In this document: positions 29,033-37,100 of the stretch, in pieces
How positions within the stretch are numbered: the stretch's first letter is position 1
Layout of the letters: the number at the start of each line of letters is the position of its first letter
The notes under the pieces: model-generated
What the model was told of the DNA's origin: nothing
What the model saw: only the letters and a program-made list of their open reading frames with translations
Databases searched by the model: none
Source: an uncultured Eubacteriales bacterium
GTDB taxonomy: Bacteria; Bacillota; Clostridia; Oscillospirales; CAG-272
Reading direction: 5' to 3'
DNA: 64,000 bases
Assembly: GCA_948467545.1 (NCBI GenBank)
Contig: CAOKER010000004.1
Location: 175,952 to 239,951 of the forward strand
Position numbers and translations under genes: made by a program

Positions 29033-30634
29033 ATGTACAACGAAGAGATGCTTGAATCAATTAAAAAAGTTGAAGCTAACCGAGCTGCCAATACCGCGCT
29101 TGAACCGAGAAGAATGACAGCCGATGAAAAGGACGCTCTCCTTTCAGAATATCATCCTGACTATAAAAAAGGCGAATTTGCAGAACTCAAAATCGGACCG
29201 AACAAGGGAGAAAAGGTTCCAAAGGAGCTTGCTGAGCTTCTTCAGGCAAACAGTCGTCTTAAGGATCATAAGCCGAATTTGGAGAATCCTGATTATGATG
29301 TTGACGTGCTTATAATCGGAGGAGGAGGAGCAGGTGCTTCCGCCGCAATTGAAGCAGACAATGCCGGTGCAAAGGTCATGGTCGTTACCAAGCTGCGAAT
29401 CGGAGATGCCAACACAATGATGGCAGAGGGTGGAATTCAAGCTGCCGATAAGGAAAACGATTCTCCTGCTCAGCATTATCTTGACGCTTTCGGCGGCGGT
29501 CACTTTGCAGCTAAGCCGGAACTGCTCCGTAAGCTTGTAAGTGAAGCTCCCGAAGCGATTGAATGGCTAAGCAATCTCGGCGTCGAATTCGATAAAATGC
29601 CCGACGGAACCATGATTACAACCCATGGCGGAGGAACTTCCAGAAAAAGAATGCATGCCGCGAAGGATTATTCAGGCGCTGAAATCATGAGAACACTTCG
29701 CGACGAAGTGCTTAACCGACAGATTCCTGTTGTTGATTTTACGGCGGCAGTCGAACTTATTCTCGATGAAACCGGACGGGCGTCCGGTGCAGTACTTCTG
29801 AATATGGAGACCGATGAACTCCTCGTTGCCAAAGCCAAAACAGTAATTATTGCTACGGGAGGCGCGGGAAGACTTCATTACCAGGGATTTCCTACTTCAA
29901 ATCACTATGGTGCGACTGCGGACGGACTTGTACTGTCTTACAGAGTCGGAGCAAAGCTTCTTTATGCGGATACACTTCAATATCATCCCACAGGCGCCGC
30001 TTACCCGGAACAGATTTTTGGAGCCCTTGTCACCGAAAAAGTGCGTTCGCTCGGCGCAAAGCTAATTAACTCCGACGGAGAAGTATTTATGCACCCGCTC
30101 GAAACACGCGATGTTTCGGCTGCATCCATTATTCGTGAATGCAGTGCAAGAGATAAGGGAATACACACCGCCTCAGGTGTGGGAGTCTGGCTCGATACTC
30201 CGATGATTGAGCTGAAAAACGGAGAAGGAACTATCGAAAGCAGAATTCCGGCGATGCTCCGTATGTTCGGAAAATACGGCATTGATATTAGACGCGAACC
30301 TATTCTTGTATATCCGACGCTGCATTATCAGAACGGTGGTATAGACATCTCAGACAACGGTGAATCCGGAGTTCAGAATCTTTTCGTTGCCGGAGAAGCA
30401 GTCGGAGGGATTCATGGCAGAAACCGTCTTATGGGTAACTCACTCCTTGATATTATAGTCTTCGGACGCAATGCGGGAAAACAGGCGGCAGCTCGTTCTA
30501 AGGATACGAAAACCGGAAAACTTACACTTGAGCATATTGACCGCTTTTCGGCAGAGATGACAGCTGCTAATATCAAGACAGATGTCGTTTCTCCCAAATT
30601 GCTTCCTAATTATGCCCGTAAAAGTTCTAAATGA
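29033..30634 (+). CDS. fumarate reductase/succinate dehydrogenase/L-aspartate oxidase family flavoprotein (FrdA-like) with ~88-aa N-terminal extension
   Basis: DVLIIGGGGAGASAA FAD fold, QYHPTG, HYQNGGI and RLMGNSLLD family blocks. GGGAGGG RBS lies 8 nt upstream. Confidence 0.85.
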   Translation: MYNEEMLESIKKVEANRAANTALEPRRMTADEKDALLSEYHPDYKKGEFAELKIGPNKGEKVPKELAELLQANSRLKDHKPNLENPDYDVDVLIIGGGGAGASAAIEADNAGAKVMVVTKLRIGDANTMMAEGGIQAADKENDSPAQHYLDAFGGGHFAAKPELLRKLVSEAPEAIEWLSNLGVEFDKMPDGTMITTHGGGTSRKRMHAAKDYSGAEIMRTLRDEVLNRQIPVVDFTAAVELILDETGRASGAVLLNMETDELLVAKAKTVIIATGGAGRLHYQGFPTSNHYGATADGLVLSYRVGAKLLYADTLQYHPTGAAYPEQIFGALVTEKVRSLGAKLINSDGEVFMHPLETRDVSAASIIRECSARDKGIHTASGVGVWLDTPMIELKNGEGTIESRIPAMLRMFGKYGIDIRREPILVYPTLHYQNGGIDISDNGESGVQNLFVAGEAVGGIHGRNRLMGNSLLDIIVFGRNAGKQAAARSKDTKTGKLTLEHIDRFSAEMTAANIKTDVVSPKLLPNYARKSSK

Positions 30635-30648
30635 TTGGAGTTGACTAA

Positions 30649-31884
30649 ATGTCTTTGTTCGGAGGAGTAATTCCTGTCACCGGAATTACATTTCTAATTT
30701 TCAGTGTATTTGCCATTTCTGCAATCGGATATGCTTTGGGACGCATAACAATAAAAGGTGTCTCTCTCGGTACAGCTGGCGTCTTTATTATAGCTCTTGT
30801 CTATGGATGCTTGTTCTACAAGCAGCTTGATGCACAGCTGGTTGATTATACAAAAAATGCGTTAAAGATTATAGAGAATATGGGACTGATTCTTTTTGTA
30901 ACATCTGTCGGATTTATAGCGGGACCGAAATTTTTCAGCAATATGAAGAAAAATTTCAAATCCTATGTTTGTCTCGGCCTTATAATCATAATTGCAGGAG
31001 GTCTCGCCGCAATCGGATGCATAATGTTCGGAAGAACAGTAGGAGGAGAAACGGATTTTGACAGACTTACGGCCATGATAGTAGGGCTTTTATCGGGTTC
31101 TCTCACCTCAACGCCGGCATTTTCGGCGGCAAAAGCTACCGTTGCGCCGGCATATGAGGACATAGTATCTGTCGGACACGGCATTGCGTATATCTTCGGA
31201 GTGATCGGAGTAGTGCTTTTTGTGCAGCTTATTCCTAAGCTTACTAAAGCAAATATGGAAGAAGAGCGCAGAAAGCTTATAATTGCGGACGACGGTTCGA
31301 GCAAAAAGAAAAAAGGCGCAAAAAAACTGATAGATATGGATCCATTCGGAATAATGGTTTTTGCATTGGCGGCTATTATAGGTATTTTTGTCGGAATGAT
31401 AAAAATTCCGCTTTCCTCAAATGGTCTTTCCGGAACTGCATTTTCGCTTACAACAACAGGTGGATGTCTTCTGATTTCTCTTTTATTCGGTCATTTTGGA
31501 AAATGCGGAAGAATAAACCTCATGCCTGAAGAATCTACTTTGAAAGTATTTAGAGAACTTGGACTTATGCTGTTCCTAATTGGTGCAGGAGTTGCCGGAG
31601 GCGCAAGCTTTATCGAAAACTTCCAGCCAATATACTTTATTTACGGCGTAGTAATGACGCTTGTTCCGATGATTATTGGCTATATATTTGCTAAATACGT
31701 TCTCAGGCTCAGTCTGCTTAATAATCTCGGCTCCATAACCGGAGGAATGACAAGTACTCCTGCGCTCGGTACACTTATCAGTGTTGCCGGTACAGAAAAT
31801 GTTGCGGCCGCATATGCAGCAACATATCCTGTAGCTTTAATATCGGTTGTGCTTTTGTCACAATTTTTGATATTGTTATTCTGA
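30649..31884 (+). CDS. AAE (aspartate:alanine exchanger / YidE-YbjL / SucE-like) family transporter, short form without TrkA-C domains
   Basis: Two homologous polytopic halves are joined by a short charged linker (EEERRKLIIADDGSSKKKKGAKK). N-terminal ...AIGYALGRITIKGVSLGTAGVF is typical of the family. Confidence 0.7.
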   Translation: MSLFGGVIPVTGITFLIFSVFAISAIGYALGRITIKGVSLGTAGVFIIALVYGCLFYKQLDAQLVDYTKNALKIIENMGLILFVTSVGFIAGPKFFSNMKKNFKSYVCLGLIIIIAGGLAAIGCIMFGRTVGGETDFDRLTAMIVGLLSGSLTSTPAFSAAKATVAPAYEDIVSVGHGIAYIFGVIGVVLFVQLIPKLTKANMEEERRKLIIADDGSSKKKKGAKKLIDMDPFGIMVFALAAIIGIFVGMIKIPLSSNGLSGTAFSLTTTGGCLLISLLFGHFGKCGRINLMPEESTLKVFRELGLMLFLIGAGVAGGASFIENFQPIYFIYGVVMTLVPMIIGYIFAKYVLRLSLLNNLGSITGGMTSTPALGTLISVAGTENVAAAYAATYPVALISVVLLSQFLILLF

Positions 31885-31895
31885 TAAAATAACTT

Positions 31896-31920
31896 CCTGT
31901 CTCATTTTATATGAGACAGG
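31896..31920 (+). terminator. hairpin after the transporter gene (weak terminator candidate)
   Basis: Perfect 10-bp stem cctgtctcat/atgagacagg with a 5-nt loop, but no clear downstream T-run on +. Confidence 0.4.
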
Positions 31921-32088
31921 AATATAATAGTGTATGACGGGAAGATAAATTACCTACCGTCTTACTTTAGTAAAAGGTATCGGCTTGTTTCATATCGATA
32001 TCGTCGTAAGAATATTACCGCCGGGCTTTTGCCCCTATTAAAACAATGCCGGGTTTCCGGGGGAAAGAAGGGAAATTATTACCGCATT

Positions 32089-32334
32089 ATGAAAGTTGTA
32101 GTATGCATAGGAAGCTCATGCCATCTCAAAGGTTCTCATCAGGTTGTAAGCTGTATTAAAAAACTTATTGAAAAGTATAATCTTGATGATCGTATAGAAC
32201 TTTCCGGTACTTTTTGTATGGGAAATTGTCAAAACGATGTTTGTGTCTCGGTTGACGGTGAAATTTTTTCCGTAGTTCCCGAAGAAACAACAAACTTTTT
32301 TGAAAATAACATTCTTAAAAAAGTATTAAATTGA
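32089..32334 (+). CDS. thioredoxin-like [2Fe-2S] ferredoxin domain protein
   Basis: MKVVVCIGSSCHLKGS...GTFCMGNCQNDVCVSVDG shows a four-Cys pattern. The listed start at 31930 is trimmed to the Met preceding the conserved domain. Confidence 0.6.
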   Translation: MKVVVCIGSSCHLKGSHQVVSCIKKLIEKYNLDDRIELSGTFCMGNCQNDVCVSVDGEIFSVVPEETTNFFENNILKKVLN

Positions 32335-32371
32335 TCTCCAAAAAGAAAGAATAACAAGGGGAATTATTTTT

Positions 32372-32944
32372 TTGAATTTATCTGATAATCTTGGAGTTGC
32401 TTACGAAAACAAACGTCCGGAATGTTGTTCTGACGAAAGCTCTATAGTTAATATTATGGTTGGTCCTCCGTCAAATGATTGTGTTATTAATAGCATGATG
32501 TCAGAATTTTTTTCTTCTAAAGGCAAACATATAATTTGTGGGGGAACGACTGCAATATTAGCTTCAAGATATCTTGATACAGAGCTTATAGTAGACTTGA
32601 ATTACGTTGACTGTAAAATACCTCCGTCAGGGCAGATTGAAGGAGTTGATATTGTTACAGAAGGTGTAATTACGCTTGGAATGGTTCTTGAGCGTGCAAA
32701 ACTTTTTATAAACGGCAGCGATGTTCTTTTTCGATCCGAGCGTTATTCGGATTCTGTATCGAAAATTTGTCGAATGCTTTTTGACGAATCAAAAAAAATC
32801 AATTTTTTTATAGGCCAAGCAATCAACGAAGCGCATCAAGTACCCGGAAGTCCCATTAGCTTTGAATACAAGATGAATATTATTAAACAGCTAATAGATT
32901 ATCTTCGCAAAATGGAAAAGATAGTTACATCAAAATATTATTAA
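32372..32944 (+). CDS. hypothetical protein
   Basis: 190-aa ORF with a TTG start and no family recognised by eye. It follows the small ferredoxin gene on the same strand. Confidence 0.45.
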   Translation: MNLSDNLGVAYENKRPECCSDESSIVNIMVGPPSNDCVINSMMSEFFSSKGKHIICGGTTAILASRYLDTELIVDLNYVDCKIPPSGQIEGVDIVTEGVITLGMVLERAKLFINGSDVLFRSERYSDSVSKICRMLFDESKKINFFIGQAINEAHQVPGSPISFEYKMNIIKQLIDYLRKMEKIVTSKYY

Positions 32945-32980
32945 AAACACAGTCATATATTTTTATACGGCTGTGTTTTT
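32943..32980. terminator. bidirectional terminator between convergent genes
   Basis: Stem aaaaacacag/ctgtgttttt has an A-run and a T-run built into its arms. It lies between the 32944 (+) stop and the 33030 (-) stop. Confidence 0.6.
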
Positions 32981-33029
32981 AATAATAATTGTTACTAATT
33001 GTTACGATATGCTTTCTCTATGTTTAAAT

Positions 33030-33509
33030 TCATCTTTTTCTTTTCAACATTTCTGCGCGGAGGGAAGCGGCAGAACGTTTTTTATGCTTGCGTTTTCTAC
33101 CCAAAAATGATCCAATAATAACAGTTAGAAATGAAATCACAATTAATATAATTTTTTTTCCAAACCCCGACGGATCATCAAAAGGACCGCCCAATCCGGC
33201 AATAATAAGCGATATTATAAGAATAAAACATATGTACATGCAACCTGCAATAGCTGCAGACACGGTATTACCGCCGGACATAACAGAACATATTATTCCG
33301 CAGAATAATGCGCCGCCTATTAGAGCTATGATCGCTGAAATATCTGTAACAGAAGAAGGATCTTCAAGTTTTACAGCGACAATCGCGGCGACTAACATTA
33401 TTATCATAGATATTACTAATGAAATAACAGTTGCGTAAACAGAACTTAAAATTGTTTTTTTCAAAACTAATTTCACCGCCTTTATTTTTGATTTATTAAA
33501 ATAACTCAT
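33030..33509 (-). CDS. small polytopic membrane protein (YrzE/TIGR04086-like)
   Basis: Four hydrophobic helices and a basic C-terminal tail. Assignment is by general resemblance only. Confidence 0.6.
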   Translation of the reverse strand: MSYFNKSKIKAVKLVLKKTILSSVYATVISLVISMIIMLVAAIVAVKLEDPSSVTDISAIIALIGGALFCGIICSVMSGGNTVSAAIAGCMYICFILIISLIIAGLGGPFDDPSGFGKKIILIVISFLTVIIGSFLGRKRKHKKRSAASLRAEMLKRKR

Positions 33510-33737
33510 TAGTACAAGTATATGGATTAAGAATCAACTGTATTCCAATTTTCAACTTGCTTCTATTCAACAAATTTTATAAATATAGAAGACGGGCAGA
33601 GCTTATAATAAGTTTAAATCTAAAGTATGTAACGGGAAGCACAGATTCATTAATTTAAAATAAATATATAACAAATTAAATTATGTAAAATGCAAATTTT
33701 ACATAATTTAGGGAAGTATATCAAATGAAAACCATGA

Positions 33738-33776
33738 AAATGAAATACCATCCGCTTTGTGGATGGTATTTCATTT
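33738..33776 (-). terminator. 16-bp perfect hairpin downstream of the decayed peptidase gene
   Basis: aaatgaaataccatcc / ggatggtatttcattt with a 7-nt loop. The minus strand continues tcatggttttcattt. Confidence 0.45.
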
Positions 33777-33910
33777 GAGATATAAGCATCACTCAATTAT
33801 TCTATCTATGTGTATACTCTCTATGCGCAGGCAACAGATAGATTACCATTGCCTAACATCGATCTGACTGCCGCCATAGTGACTGTGACATTCTCATTTT
33901 TATATATTAA

Positions 33911-35704
33911 TTATATAGGTTTTCTTATCGGCAAAATCTTTGCAATATTCCTCATGGTTTTTATAATTTTTAAAACCATAACGGTTGTTCCAAAATCAAT
34001 AATTAATTTTTCAGTATCATGAGGACCGACGATTCCGAGTAACTCCTCCAATGTTTTTTCGTCTGGCTCGATAACCGGATCATCCGGAGGTTCGCTTGTT
34101 TTTATAATAGCTACAGCCTGTTTTCCAAGCAGACTGTATGCTTCTAATACCTTTGATTTCGAAAATCCATTGAATTCTTTTCTCATCGGATCATTGAAAT
34201 AATAGTTATTTTCATCATATCCCACTAAAAGCAGACAATGAAGCTTGTTGTTGTACTGAACAGCTGTGCCATCATATGCTGACCAGTATCGGTATTCAAA
34301 ATAATCGGTCATATCAACAGTCGCCCAAATAAGAACGGGAGTACCTTTATCAATATATGTACTGCACAGAGTTTACAACGTCTGCCCGGTTAAATTGTTG
34401 ACGTGAAAGCTGTACTGCCCGGAAATTTTATTCAACGCGTTGACAATAACAGGAGCATAGCATCCCCATCCGCCTGTTGAACGCGGATCTCCGACAAATA
34501 CAGCATTCGGATCAGAGCCTATTCCACCCGCAGGCGCATTTCCCATGTCTAAATAATTTGTGACAAATTGCTCAGGAGAAAGCGAAATACCTATATATTG
34601 CAGCGCCATTACAGCACTTACACTTTCACAACCGTTGGGCATCCCCATATCATACTGATTTATGTATGGCGCATTAATAATTACTGCATTTTCCGACGGA
34701 ATTGGATCAAGTGAAGCACGTTCATATATGTGTATTTCCATTGCTTCTATTTTTTCGTTTTTTGACCATCCCGCATATGTCGATTTATCGTCAAGCTCTC
34801 ATCCCCTGCCGTTAACCTTTACACGGTACATAACTATATAATCATCATAAATTCTCCGCCCGTCCTGAAGAAACACCTGAATTTCCAGCTGAGACATGCT
34901 TATGCCGTACCACCCGGCGTAGTCATCTTCTTCGCTTGTAACAAATGGACGGTAATTGTCTTTTCCGACATCCTTTGTATGATATTGCAGGTAGTACGGT
35001 TTTCGGGTTGATTGAATACGAACGCCGTCTATATGGTCAAGAACATCCGTTCTTCCGTAAAAATCAGTCCAAGCGGTTCCTACGCAGTACTGAAAAGATA
35101 TTCCATCCGCTTCTTTAAATGAGCAATTTTCGGAATATGTGGAATATAGAACTAAATCTCTGTTATCTTCGATTGATTCCTGAGAGTTCTCGGAACTTTT
35201 TTCACGAAATTTATCTGCTTCTGTTATGAGAATATTATCATCGGCTTCATAGTGTTCGATTATTTGAACGTCTCCGGTTTCATGTATGTCAGCGCCCTCA
35301 TTTTTATCAAATGAACCATCGTCAAATACATCGGCAGCTTCTGTTTTATCGCTTTTGCCTTTGTTTTGATCGGAATTTTCCGACATATCCGTTTGCTCAT
35401 ATATTGTTATACCGATTTCGGATGTTTCTTCAGATGTATCTTCGATCGTATCTTGGGATTTCGCAGTTTCATCCAAATTTGGAGATATTTCTTGTTCATC
35501 AGATTCAGAGGACTTGAAAACGGGCTTCTTGGGTTCCGCAGATTTTGAAGCTATATCCTCATTATTCAAACGATTCTGACCTCGATCATCTGAATATTCG
35601 ATCCCCGCTGCACAGACAACGACGGATGACGATGTAATTGCAATAACGGCAGACAGAACAGCCGCTGTAATTTTTGCATACCGTCTCATTTTTTGTGACA
35701 ACAT
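33911..35704 (-). pseudogene. secreted C39-like (papain-fold) cysteine peptidase gene interrupted by two in-frame stop codons
   Basis: ORFs 34799..35704, 34373..34741 and 33911..34312 are all in one frame (offsets 963 and 429 nt, both multiples of 3). They are separated only by TGA (34799-34801) and TAA (34373-34375), and the sequence reads through as ...VNGRG*ELDDKSTYAGW... and ...LTGQTL*TLCSTYIDKGTPVLIWATVDM.... Signal peptide at the N-terminus; Cys motif MPNGCESVSAVMAL and His motif HCLLLVGYD lie in the distal parts. Confidence 0.7.
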
Positions 35705-35742
35705 CCTTTCCTATATATTGTCGGAAAAGCTAATAGGAATTT

Positions 35743-36855
35743 TCAAACCGGCTTAGCTTTTCGAAAAATTATGCTGAAAAACTTTAACCTCAATTTATGT
35801 ACTGCAAAATATAAAATGTTGATTGCAGCGGACAGAAGAAGAGAACAAACAAAAACCGCCGAAACCATGATAATATAATACTCCAAGCGATGCTGCATTT
35901 CCGGAACCTTTTCTATAAATATGGGATAAAATTTGTTGTCAAAAATATAAGACAGGAGATAAGCACCGAGCGAAAGATCCGAAATCAGTTTCAATGGTTT
36001 TTGAAGTATTGCAGGAATTTTTATGTTGAGAAGCAGTCCGAAAACCAATACAGCCATTATTACATTGAACAACGAACCATACTCCTGCCAAAGTCCCCAC
36101 TCAAATGGCCCCTCTTTACAGCGTATAAAATTGTAAGAGCCAAAAATAAATACTGCCGCCAATATCAAAAATATATTTTTGCCCCTGCTTATCGAAAAAC
36201 CGTACTCTTTCAGGTAGCATCCTATAAAATAATAGGTTAGAGGATAAACGGATACCCAGTATACCGGAAGAATTTTCTGATAAATTTCGGGGTTTACAGG
36301 ATCCATGATTAGTATGTGAAAGATATTTGTAATCATCGGAAAAGATGTCAGCAGCAGAAATGTAAATATCAGCAGCTGCTTCTGCCTTTTCGTTTTCAAA
36401 CCGTTATATATCAAATTTATAAAAGGTATCATCAAAAACAATCCCAAATACATTTCGATATACCACGAGTAATTTGCGGCGCTGAAGTTCAATATACTTA
36501 GTATAGAATTTCTTACATTATAGGTTCCCGGAAAAACAGTATTTTTATATAATATACAAAAGATCGAGGCAAACAAATATACAAACAGAGTTTTTGATAT
36601 GCCTGTGTAATATTTTCTGCTCAAGACCTTGGAAGACATCAGGTATCCGGTTAAAATCATAAACAGCGGCACGCATATCATGAAAAATGTACGCATAAGA
36701 ACCATTAAATACATTCGCTTTCCGGCTACGGGATGACCGTAAAAACCGTTATGCATAAAGAAATGAACCGAAATTACCGAAAAAAGTGCAAAAATCCTTA
36801 TAATATCAAGAGATGAGTTTCTTTTCAGTCTTTCCATTTTGAAGCCTGCTTTCAA
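35743..36855 (-). CDS. acyltransferase family 3 membrane O-acyltransferase
   Basis: RNSSLDIIRIFALFSVISVHFF N-terminal motif and about 10 TM helices. Confidence 0.85.
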   Translation of the reverse strand: MKAGFKMERLKRNSSLDIIRIFALFSVISVHFFMHNGFYGHPVAGKRMYLMVLMRTFFMICVPLFMILTGYLMSSKVLSRKYYTGISKTLFVYLFASIFCILYKNTVFPGTYNVRNSILSILNFSAANYSWYIEMYLGLFLMIPFINLIYNGLKTKRQKQLLIFTFLLLTSFPMITNIFHILIMDPVNPEIYQKILPVYWVSVYPLTYYFIGCYLKEYGFSISRGKNIFLILAAVFIFGSYNFIRCKEGPFEWGLWQEYGSLFNVIMAVLVFGLLLNIKIPAILQKPLKLISDLSLGAYLLSYIFDNKFYPIFIEKVPEMQHRLEYYIIMVSAVFVCSLLLSAAINILYFAVHKLRLKFFSIIFRKAKPV

Positions 36856-37055
36856 TTAGTGTATAAGATTTTTATTAAATGATATAGACATAATAATTTA
36901 ATAAATCAACAAACAATAATAAATAGTTTTTACAATTATATCATATAATGTCGAATAATGCAACTATATATTAAATTTTATCAAATGTTTTTTGCATAAA
37001 TGTCTGGATGTATTTTACACCAAAATTAAAAGCTGCTTATAATATAATAAGATAC

Positions 37056-37097
37056 AAAAAACGGTTGTCCATATTTATGTATGGACAACCGTTTTTT
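37056..37097 (-). terminator. rho-independent (bidirectional) terminator of larA
   Basis: 12-bp stem acggttgtccat/atggacaaccgt is flanked by aaaaa and ttttt, and begins 4 nt past the larA stop. Confidence 0.8.
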
Positions 37098-37100
37098 GCT

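Noticed and set aside
33911-35704. Stop-codon reassignment or programmed read-through (TGA or TAA read as sense) as an explanation for in-frame stops here, at 42309-42624 and at about 47770.
   Set aside because: TGA and TAA terminate many well-conserved genes in this window at their expected lengths (fumC, hdrA, ppk1, fucI and others). No SECIS-like context was recognised. Ordinary nonsense decay is the simpler explanation.
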